A DNA stretch of 64,000 nt from IMG/VR virus record IMGVR_UViG_3300044633_000521; one strand, given 5' to 3'. The position numbers and the translations under genes are program-made. This stretch comes from a virus. Of the stretch, positions 32,102 through 38,856 are shown in pieces (position 1 is the first letter of the stretch; each line of letters starts with the position of its first letter). The notes under the pieces are model-generated. The model was given only the letters and a program-made list of their open reading frames with translations. It had not been told where the DNA came from and made no database searches.

Positions 32102-32354
32102 CGAACTCTTAGAAGAGTGGGAACAAATAAAACAATTAGGTTGCCCGACTGCTGTTGATATTATAGATGTAAGTGGATATGCCCATGCTAAAAATCAAGT
32201 TGATATACTAGCACAAGAGATACGCAATAGCAGATTACTCAATGATCAATCTAAAGAACTACGCAGTACTGCTAAATTTATAGAGGCTTATTGTGATTTT
32301 AGTAGAGATTTCTTATTTAGGACCCTAAAAAATGACCGAAAGACACAGTCTTAA
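32085..32354 (+). CDS. Hypothetical protein
   Basis: Overlapping ORF in operon. Confidence 0.55.
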   Translation: MPQSINELLEEWEQIKQLGCPTAVDIIDVSGYAHAKNQVDILAQEIRNSRLLNDQSKELRSTAKFIEAYCDFSRDFLFRTLKNDRKTQS

Positions 32355-33234
32355 AATATTAAATCAGCTATACGAGTACGATAGTTTCCTAGACAGTATT
32401 CATACGATTGCCGACATGGGCTGTGGTTCAGGCGAAGATACTCTATGGTGGGCAACTTTAACTACCCGTGACGACCCTCCACAACCTCATAATTACACAG
32501 TCTATGCCGTGGATCGAGACCCTGGAAAGTTAGCGCAGGTGCCCGACCTTCCAAACATTGTTAAACGAGAAAAAGATTTTACAGAGCTATGTCTGCCCAT
32601 TAAAGTTGATTTTATGTGGGCACACGATAGCCTACAGTATGCCACTAACCCATTAGACACATTGCGATTATGGAATAGTATGCTAAATGTAAACGGTATG
32701 TTGGTTATTTGTGTGCCTCAGCATAGCGGAGTTGCTGACAACAAGTACTACAGTAGATCGCACAGCGGGTGCTTCTATCATTATACACCCGTTAACCTAT
32801 TGTACATGTTAGCAGTTAATGGATTTGACTGTCGTGATGCTTATCTATTAAAACAATTTAATGATTCTTGGCTACACATAGCAGTATATAAATCCTCAGT
32901 GGCTCCGATGGATCCAAAAACAACCACATGGTATGATCTAGTAGACAGCGGCCTACTGCACACTACCTTAGTTAACAGTATTAACAGTTACGGTCATCTC
33001 AGACAAGAGGACATATTGTACCCGTGGCTAGATCGCGAAAACTATTTTGTTGACTATGTTAGCCAATGGACAGAAATTCCTGAAGAAGCAGGTGAACCGT
33101 CAATTACTGGGGTATTTAATACTAGCGAAGAATCTAACATCTCAATTATTAAACAAGCAAAAGAAACTACAATCGGCACTAAAATAGCCAAACCAATTGG
33201 CGTTATGCGCCCTCCAAAGAAAAAATATGATTAA
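32332..33234 (+). CDS. Class I SAM-dependent methyltransferase
   Basis: ADMGCGSG motif I. Confidence 0.8.
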   Translation: MTERHSLKILNQLYEYDSFLDSIHTIADMGCGSGEDTLWWATLTTRDDPPQPHNYTVYAVDRDPGKLAQVPDLPNIVKREKDFTELCLPIKVDFMWAHDSLQYATNPLDTLRLWNSMLNVNGMLVICVPQHSGVADNKYYSRSHSGCFYHYTPVNLLYMLAVNGFDCRDAYLLKQFNDSWLHIAVYKSSVAPMDPKTTTWYDLVDSGLLHTTLVNSINSYGHLRQEDILYPWLDRENYFVDYVSQWTEIPEEAGEPSITGVFNTSEESNISIIKQAKETTIGTKIAKPIGVMRPPKKKYD

Positions 33235-33988
33235 TCGAGTTGTACTAGTTACTGGAGGATTTGACCCACTTCACAGCGGGCACATAGAATACTTCAAAGC
33301 TGCTCGAGCACTTGGCAACATACTGGTTGTTGGCATTAATAGCGATGCGTGGCTAGAACGTAAGAAAGGTCGTGCGTTTATGCCCGGCACAGAACGTATT
33401 GCTATTATACAGAACCTAAAGATGGTTGATCATTGTATATTGTTTAACGATGACGACGGCAGTGCTGTGGAAGCAATTAATAATGTTAAGATGCTGTATC
33501 CTAATAGTCACATTGTATTTGCCAATGGCGGCGACCGTACTGCTAAGAACATTCCGGAAATGAAGTGTAAAGATGTTGAGTTTGTCTTCGGGATCGGTGG
33601 AGCAAACAAGCTCAACAGTAGCAGCTGGATTTTAGAGGAGTGGAAAGCGCCTAAAACCATTCGATCTTGGGGCTATTATCGTGTATTACACGACGTTTCT
33701 GGCACCAAAGTGAAGGAATTAACCATCGACCCAGGTAAGAGCTTATCAATGCAACGTCATATGTTTCGTAGTGAGGATTGGTTAGTTACTGAAGGCAAGT
33801 GCGCAGTACGTCAATTTGAAAGAGTATCGGGGCAGATAATCGAACAACAATTTAGTAGACACCAACGAGTCCACATAACTATTGAATCATGGCATCAACT
33901 AAGCAATCCGTTTGCTGAACCTTGCCGCATAGTGGAACTACAATATGGCGCACGTTGTTCGGAGAATGACATTGAACGAAAAGAATAA
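33227..33988 (+). CDS. Cytidylyltransferase fused to mannose-6-P isomerase-type cupin
   Basis: GGFDPLHSGH, FANGGDR; R.WG.Y..L and LSMQRH..RSE.W. Confidence 0.88.
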   Translation: MINRVVLVTGGFDPLHSGHIEYFKAARALGNILVVGINSDAWLERKKGRAFMPGTERIAIIQNLKMVDHCILFNDDDGSAVEAINNVKMLYPNSHIVFANGGDRTAKNIPEMKCKDVEFVFGIGGANKLNSSSWILEEWKAPKTIRSWGYYRVLHDVSGTKVKELTIDPGKSLSMQRHMFRSEDWLVTEGKCAVRQFERVSGQIIEQQFSRHQRVHITIESWHQLSNPFAEPCRIVELQYGARCSENDIERKE

Positions 33989-33998
33989 ATACAATACT

Positions 33999-35114
33999 AT
34001 GAAAATATTTGAAGTTGTACAAAAAATAGCAGAGGGTGGCGGTACTGGACCTGTTCGTTATAACAGCGAAGTTGGTCTGCTATTTGGCCTTATAGGACAG
34101 GGTCAATTTGACCCACAAAATCCAGAAGCAAGTATACCTGCGGCTAGATTGGCAAATCCTGTACAGACCTACAATGATATTAAAAAACTTTTAATTCCTA
34201 ACTTTGACCCTAAGATTTTTACACAATGGGCAAGCCTTGCGCAACAAATTATGCCCAAAATTAAAGCCAAATCTGGCGGCCTGCCTACTAAACTAGGTTG
34301 GGCAGGCGGCGCCAACATTGCGGGCGGCGTCGCTGATATTAGCTTTGCGCAAAGTACTACATTAGGTATTAGTATTAAAGCGGAAGGCGGTATTACGCTG
34401 GCTAATCTAACACCTAAGAAATTAGGTATTGCTACTGCTAAGGGCGTAGATGTATTCAAATTCCACGCAGAACAAGAATACAATACTATGAAGCAGGCAG
34501 TATTTGCTGATGTTATTGCTGAAGCCAAAGCAAGCCCAGATCAAGAAATTATTCCTATTAGTCGCTACAGTATTAAATTTAATAGCTCACGCGGTGAGTT
34601 TGAGATTGTATACAAAAAAGGAAAATCATTAGTTTCAACCAGTGTAAGCGAAGAATTTATTTTAAATAACATCGGTAAGAACTCGACATGGCAACGTGTA
34701 TTTGGTGATTGGTTCCAAAAAAACTGGCAAACAAAGAAAAGCTACGCTACTCCATTATATTCTAAGATTGCCAAGGCATTTGAATTAATAATTGAAAACC
34801 ATCTACGAGAAAGCGGTGAATTAACGCAGATGCTACGTTTTGGGGCAGAACCTTACTATTATCTTACTCCACAAAATTTGTACTATGTTCCAACTATCGA
34901 TCAAGTAGCACAGCTAACTATCAAACGTTTACGCTATGCTGAGCCAGATGGTACTAGTCAACGCTTTATTGCTGAGATTGGTCGCCCAGACAGTAAAGAA
35001 AACGCAGAGTTGGACATATACGTGCGCTATGCTAATGGTATGTTTGCTTGTAATCCTACGGTACGTATTCAAAGTTTAAAAAATCCACAGTTTATCAGCT
35101 GGGAACTATTGTAA
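33999..35114 (+). CDS. Putative PD-(D/E)xK-type endonuclease with capsid-targeting-like N-terminus
   Basis: ADISF...GISIK motif; MKIFEVVQKIAE-G start after ATAAATA. Confidence 0.45.
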   Translation: MKIFEVVQKIAEGGGTGPVRYNSEVGLLFGLIGQGQFDPQNPEASIPAARLANPVQTYNDIKKLLIPNFDPKIFTQWASLAQQIMPKIKAKSGGLPTKLGWAGGANIAGGVADISFAQSTTLGISIKAEGGITLANLTPKKLGIATAKGVDVFKFHAEQEYNTMKQAVFADVIAEAKASPDQEIIPISRYSIKFNSSRGEFEIVYKKGKSLVSTSVSEEFILNNIGKNSTWQRVFGDWFQKNWQTKKSYATPLYSKIAKAFELIIENHLRESGELTQMLRFGAEPYYYLTPQNLYYVPTIDQVAQLTIKRLRYAEPDGTSQRFIAEIGRPDSKENAELDIYVRYANGMFACNPTVRIQSLKNPQFISWELL

Positions 35115-35142
35115 TTTAATTCAACTGACTGTATAATACAGT

Positions 35143-36084
35143 ATGACTCTCAAACCTGTTAACGCACATCTAGATAGTGTTACCATCAGTGATATTGAAC
35201 TTCACAAATTAATCACGACTGCTGAACTAGATAAAGATCTAAAGAATCTAGACAAGTTTGATGCTGACACCAACGCCAATAACTTTGCTGGCAATCCGTT
35301 CCTATACCACTTTCAATTTAAGAATCTACTTAAATGTCGCAGACAAGATGGCAAAACAATCTACGACATTGCTAACGATTCAACAGAATGGGCTAAGTTA
35401 ATAGACAGCACACGCAAACGTAATCGTGGCGGTCGCACAGCGGCAGGTAATGTGTTTGAATGTTTCCGTATTAACTTAGGCAGTATTGTTATGTTCAAAG
35501 CAACTACTGCCAAATACCTATATAAGAAGTATCGAGCAAAGAGTGTACTAGATCCTACAGCAGGATGGGGCGGACGTATGTTAGGTGCTTGGAGTTTGGG
35601 CATCGACTATACAGGCATAGACACTAACATAGAAATGAAACCTGCTTATGAAAGCATGATCACATTCTTAGATGAGTATACAGGATTTAAGAATAAAAAC
35701 TTTAAAGTCGAACGTGCTGGACTGCGTCAAATGATATGGGATAGCTGTTTAGCAGTAGACTTTAGTAAATTAGACTATGACTTTGTACTTACTAGCCCGC
35801 CGTATATCAACTTAGAGATATACGAGCACATGGAATTATGGGACAGTGACACTGCGTTCTATAAAGAGTTCTTTATACCCTTGTGGCAGAAATGTGTAGA
35901 TAATATCAAGCAAGGCGGGCATGTTTGTTTTAACATTAGTCCTAAGATGTACGAAGACGCTGTAAAGAATGGACTTACACCTTGCGATGAAGAAGAGGAT
36001 CTATTACAGCAAATGGGTCAGAAGAAAGAGTTGCTGACCACAGGTAAAAAGAAACATGATAAGATTTACATCTGGCACTGTTAA
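35143..36084 (+). CDS. DNA amino-methyltransferase (N4C/N6A)
   Basis: VLDPTAGWGGR motif I and TSPPY motif IV. Confidence 0.85.
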   Translation: MTLKPVNAHLDSVTISDIELHKLITTAELDKDLKNLDKFDADTNANNFAGNPFLYHFQFKNLLKCRRQDGKTIYDIANDSTEWAKLIDSTRKRNRGGRTAAGNVFECFRINLGSIVMFKATTAKYLYKKYRAKSVLDPTAGWGGRMLGAWSLGIDYTGIDTNIEMKPAYESMITFLDEYTGFKNKNFKVERAGLRQMIWDSCLAVDFSKLDYDFVLTSPPYINLEIYEHMELWDSDTAFYKEFFIPLWQKCVDNIKQGGHVCFNISPKMYEDAVKNGLTPCDEEEDLLQQMGQKKELLTTGKKKHDKIYIWHC

Positions 36085-36089
36085 AATGA

Positions 36090-36118
36090 TTGACACTGAT
36101 CAATAAAGGTGTTATAAT
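36090..36118 (+). promoter_or_regulatory. Sigma70-type promoter
   Basis: TTGACA-N17-TATAAT. Confidence 0.85.
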
Positions 36119-36149
36119 AGTTTTTTAAATGATAATTTAGGACAATAAA

Positions 36150-36392
36150 ATGGCCGCAACAAAAAGTTCAGTAGAGGTTTATAATATCGACGATGCGCTA
36201 GCAGTATTTGATAATAATCAATTTAAGTTAATACTTGCGGCTGCTATACGTGCTCGTGAAATTGCTACTGCTCGTACTATAGCCGAACGTGCTGGCTCTA
36301 AAGTTAAATATGCTAATCGTGCCAATGTATCTGCAATTATTGAATTTGCTGAAGGTAAGATTGGTAAAGAGTATCTAGACAAGGTACGATAA
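36150..36392 (+). CDS. rpoZ: RNA polymerase omega subunit homolog
   Basis: DDALAVFDNNQFKLILAAAIRAREI...AIIEFAEGKI matches the omega pattern NRFDLVLVAARRARQ...ALREIEEG. Confidence 0.85.
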   Translation: MAATKSSVEVYNIDDALAVFDNNQFKLILAAAIRAREIATARTIAERAGSKVKYANRANVSAIIEFAEGKIGKEYLDKVR

Positions 36393-36398
36393 GAATTT

Positions 36399-36477
36399 GG
36401 GCCCGAAGCTTAAACCTGGTATAAGCACTCGGCTCATAACCGAAAGACAGTGAGTTCAAATCTCACCAGGCCCACCA
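36399..36477 (+). tRNA. tRNA with CAT anticodon (Ile2 or elongator Met)
   Basis: Cloverleaf, GGGCCC acceptor, loop CTCATAA, encoded CCA. Confidence 0.85.
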
Positions 36478-36491
36478 AATAAAGGACAAGT

Positions 36492-36665
36492 ATGACAAAC
36501 GAAGAATATGAACAAGCAATGAAAGAGTTTTTAGCCACCGGCGGAGAAATCAAACAAATCGCTCGCGGTGTACAAAGTGAAACAGCAACAACTAACTTCT
36601 GGGGCGCACCTAAAAAGAAACCAAAAGAAGTTGAAGTAATACCAGGGACAGATTTAGAAGTATAA
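36492..36665 (+). CDS. SutA-like RNAP-binding small protein (57 aa, absent from ORF track)
   Basis: AAGGA SD; EQAMKEFLATGGEIKQIARG resembles SutA AMEEFLSRGGKVQEI. Confidence 0.7.
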   Translation: MTNEEYEQAMKEFLATGGEIKQIARGVQSETATTNFWGAPKKKPKEVEVIPGTDLEV

Positions 36666-36695
36666 ATAAAAGATATAAATAAATTAACAAACAGG

Positions 36696-36724
36696 TTGAC
36701 AGGCTAATAAATAGACTGTATAAT
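36696..36724 (+). promoter_or_regulatory. Sigma70-type promoter of leader/tRNA operon
   Basis: TTGACA-N17-TATAAT with extended TG. Confidence 0.9.
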
Positions 36725-36767
36725 AGTTGTTATAGTAAGAAATTAATTAAAGGAATGCGAAAGCAAA

Positions 36768-36899
36768 ATGTTTAACCAGCTACATCAATTTAATATATCA
36801 AAACAAGTGTGCGCACTTGCCACGATGTCTTATTGGTCAGCGATTGAGACATTAGGCAATGATCGCACACCGAATAGTATCTATGGGGATCTTAATTAG
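36768..36899 (+). CDS. Putative attenuator leader peptide, 43 aa, all 20 amino acids
   Basis: MFNQLHQFNISKQVCALATMSYWSAIETLGNDRTPNSIYGDLN*; AAGGA SD; stop codon lies within the antiterminator 5' strand. Confidence 0.7.
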   Translation: MFNQLHQFNISKQVCALATMSYWSAIETLGNDRTPNSIYGDLN

Positions 36900-36940
36900 A
36901 GTTTATATATAATATAAGTTAATTTTAATTAAGAACCCTA
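36884..36940 (+). promoter_or_regulatory. Antiterminator hairpin
   Basis: TGGGGATCTTAATTAGA (36884-36900) pairs 16/17 with TTTAATTAAGAACCCTA (36924-36940), which includes the terminator left arm. Confidence 0.75.
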
Positions 36941-36969
36941 AGATCGAAAGACTTAGGGTTTTTTGTTTT
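36931..36969 (+). terminator. Rho-independent terminator (attenuator) upstream of tRNA array
   Basis: AACCCTAAG-A-TC-GAAA-GA-CTTAGGGTT followed by TTTTGTTTT. Confidence 0.85.
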
Positions 36970-37070
36970 ATGTGTCTCGGAAACGAGGTCCAACAAGGCA
37001 CATTAAAGATAGTTTGTAAACGGGCGGACAAGTGGATGGCATGTTCTTATGTGAACAGAAAATACTTGTT
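36970..37070 (+). ncRNA. Candidate structured RNA, unknown family
   Basis: Stems ATGTGTCT/AGGCACAT, CTCG-GAAA-CGAG, GACAAGT/ACTTGTT, TGTTC/GAACA; possible GTCC/GGAC pseudoknot. Confidence 0.4.
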
Positions 37071-37140
37071 ATAATAAAGTACACTGCGTCAAGAGCAAAG
37101 CGTCTTCTGATTTCAAGGGTCAACCAGTGTATTTTATTAT
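37071..37140 (+). ncRNA. Long hairpin (16-bp stem, 38-nt loop)
   Basis: ATAATAAAGTACACTG...CAGTGTATTTTATTAT. Confidence 0.45.
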
Positions 37141-37163
37141 ACGCTTTCATATGAGAGCGTCGA

Positions 37164-37247
37164 GGAGTGGAAGCATCAACGGTGATGCAGTGGACTGTAA
37201 ATCCGCCGCCTATGGCACGCCTGGTTCGATCCCAGGACACTCCACCA
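37164..37247 (+). tRNA. tRNA-Tyr(GTA)
   Basis: Cloverleaf with long variable arm; CTGTAAA loop; CCA. Confidence 0.93.
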
Positions 37248-37252
37248 GTAAT

Positions 37253-37329
37253 GCGGTGTTAGCTCAGTTGGTTAGAGCGCCAGCCTGTCACGTTGGAGGC
37301 CGTGGGTTCGAGCCCCATACACCGCGCCA
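37253..37329 (+). tRNA. tRNA-Asp(GTC)
   Basis: CTGTCAC loop; G73; CCA. Confidence 0.95.
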
Positions 37330-37337
37330 AAGTTTCT

Positions 37338-37414
37338 CTGCCCATAGCTCAGCTGGATAGAGCACAAAGCTTCTACCTTTGGTGTCGGGAGTTCGAATCT
37401 CTCTGGGCAGGCCA
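37338..37414 (+). tRNA. tRNA-Arg(TCT)
   Basis: CAAAG-CTTCTAC-CTTTG arm; CCA. Confidence 0.92.
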
Positions 37415-37439
37415 GTTTTAAATCCTTTAGTAGTTTTTT

Positions 37440-37515
37440 TGGCATATAGCTCAGTTGGTAGAGCAGCGGACTGTTAATCCGCGTGTCCCTGGTTCGAGCC
37501 CAGGTTTGCCAGCCA
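37440..37515 (+). tRNA. tRNA-Asn(GTT)
   Basis: CTGTTAA loop; G73; CCA. Confidence 0.93.
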
Positions 37516-37520
37516 AATAT

Positions 37521-37594
37521 TCCGGTGTAGTATAATGGCAGTGCGATGGTCTCCAAAACCATTAGTGGGAGTTCGATTCTCTCCACCGGAGCCA
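37521..37594 (+). tRNA. tRNA-Trp(CCA)
   Basis: CTCCAAA loop; CCA. Confidence 0.93.
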
Positions 37595-37663
37595 AACATA
37601 AAGTATATAAAGATGTATATTAAACATATAAAAACCTTTAATATACATAATTATGTACATTAC

Positions 37664-37740
37664 GCAACGGTACCAGAGTGGCCCAATGGCAGGGACTGCA
37701 AATCCTTTGTACGTCGGTTCAAATCCGACCCGTTGCTCCA
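37664..37740 (+). tRNA. tRNA-Cys(GCA)
   Basis: CTGCAAA loop; U73; CCA. Confidence 0.93.
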
Positions 37741-37743
37741 AAT

Positions 37744-37818
37744 GCCCTGTTAGTTCAACGGATAGAATTAGAGTCTTCGAAACTCAGGATGGGGGTTCGA
37801 TTCCCTCACAGGGCTCCA
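37744..37818 (+). tRNA. tRNA-Arg(TCG)
   Basis: CTTCGAA loop; CCA. Confidence 0.88.
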
Positions 37819-37890
37819 AATATTACTGCTCAGTAACATTTCTAGTCAAAACTGACTAAATCAATGAAAATATTACTGCTCAGTAAGATT
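37818..37890. repeat. 23-bp direct repeat with palindromic core, two copies, 27-bp spacer
   Basis: AAATATTACTGCTCAGTAA[C/G]ATT at 37818-37840 and 37868-37890. Confidence 0.85.
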
Positions 37891-37895
37891 ATAAT

Positions 37896-37969
37896 GCGGG
37901 TATGATGTAATGGTAACCTACGACTTTGCCAAAGTTGAATTGCGAGTTCAATTCTCGCTACCCGCTCCA
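37896..37969 (+). tRNA. tRNA-Gly(GCC)
   Basis: GCGGG acceptor; TTGCCAA loop; TCCA. Confidence 0.93.
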
Positions 37970-37975
37970 GTTTAC

Positions 37976-38058
37976 GTTGCTTTGCTGGTTCGAGTCCAGC
38001 TTGTAGGTCAAGCGAAATAGCAGCCTACGGTAGTTTAATGGTAAAACAGCAACCTCTA
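37976..38058 (+). ncRNA. Circularly permuted tRNA-like RNA (YrlA-like topology)
   Basis: Order: GTTGC, T-arm, acceptor 3' strand, loop, acceptor 5' strand, D-arm, GCAAC. Confidence 0.75.
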
Positions 38059-38059
38059 T

Positions 38060-38134
38060 GGTGTCTATAGTGTAGTGGTAACACTCAGGATTGTGATTCC
38101 TGCATCACGGGTTCGAACCCCGTTAGACACCCCA
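38060..38134 (+). tRNA. tRNA-His(GTG)
   Basis: G-1:C73; TTGTGAT loop; CCA. Confidence 0.94.
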
Positions 38135-38135
38135 T

Positions 38136-38164
38136 TTGACAAGTCAACTAAATGACTGTATAAT
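38136..38164 (+). promoter_or_regulatory. Sigma70-type promoter
   Basis: TTGACA-N17-TATAAT, 6 nt before ATG 38171. Confidence 0.85.
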
Positions 38165-38170
38165 ACGCTT

Positions 38171-38431
38171 ATGACCGAAGAACAACAATTAGCCTGGGAT
38201 ATACTAAGCACGCCAAATAATGCGGACTTTAAGAATTATCGCAGACAGCATCGTATGACATGGTTAACTAAAGATCGCAAGATATTGTTAATTAGAGACA
38301 TGGAAACGGCACATATCATAAGTTGCGTCAATATGTTAGAAGCATTGGGGCAAGAAGAAACCTTGGCCTATAATGGCCTAATAGATGAACTAAGAAAGCG
38401 AGGAGAGCACGATGATGAAACCGTGGATTGA
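38171..38431 (+). CDS. Hypothetical protein
   Basis: WLTKD...LIRDMET.HI motif; leaderless start. Confidence 0.65.
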   Translation: MTEEQQLAWDILSTPNNADFKNYRRQHRMTWLTKDRKILLIRDMETAHIISCVNMLEALGQEETLAYNGLIDELRKRGEHDDETVD

Positions 38432-38831
38432 AAATATCAGTCTTGATGATGTACGCAAGGGCTATCATTACGACCCAGGTTTCAACAGTATGCTAATACA
38501 GATCGTAGATCCTGGTGTAGAGTTTCCAAAGCCTAAATATGACTTTCGCCGAGTACATCAGTTCTACTTCTTAGATGTAGAAGAAAGCGACAGCGAAAAG
38601 TTTTACTATGCGGCAGCCATTACCAACGCTGATGCTAAGGGTATTGCCGAAGCATTAAAAGAAGCATGGAACGAAAGTATGAATGTAGTGGTACACTGCC
38701 ATATGGGGGTAGCACGTAGTGGTGCCGTGGCAGAAGTTGGGCATATGATTGGGTTTAGAGATACAGAAAAATATCGTATACCAAACCTTATGGTAAAACA
38801 TAAGTTAATGTACTACTTGGATTTAGTGTAA
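38412..38831 (+). CDS. Cys-based (PTP/DSP-like) phosphatase
   Basis: VVHCHMGVARS CX5R motif. Confidence 0.85.
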   Translation: MMKPWIENISLDDVRKGYHYDPGFNSMLIQIVDPGVEFPKPKYDFRRVHQFYFLDVEESDSEKFYYAAAITNADAKGIAEALKEAWNESMNVVVHCHMGVARSGAVAEVGHMIGFRDTEKYRIPNLMVKHKLMYYLDLV

Positions 38832-38856
38832 TAGTAAATACAATAAAGGGCAGTAT

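Noticed and set aside
37027-37070. Hammerhead ribozyme (GGATGG-stem-GAAA)
   Set aside because: Lacks the CTGANGA core and the third stem with a cleavage triplet.
36968-37859. ORF-track ORFs overlapping the tRNA cluster
   Set aside because: They overlap clear tRNA genes, lack SD sites and have no protein-like features.
37818-37890. Bona fide CRISPR array
   Set aside because: Only two short repeats, a self-complementary spacer and no cas genes; kept as an unexplained repeat.
37976-38058. Two-piece permuted tmRNA
   Set aside because: It has a paired D-stem, no Ala-type acceptor (GGGG.../G3-U70) and no adjacent tag reading frame.
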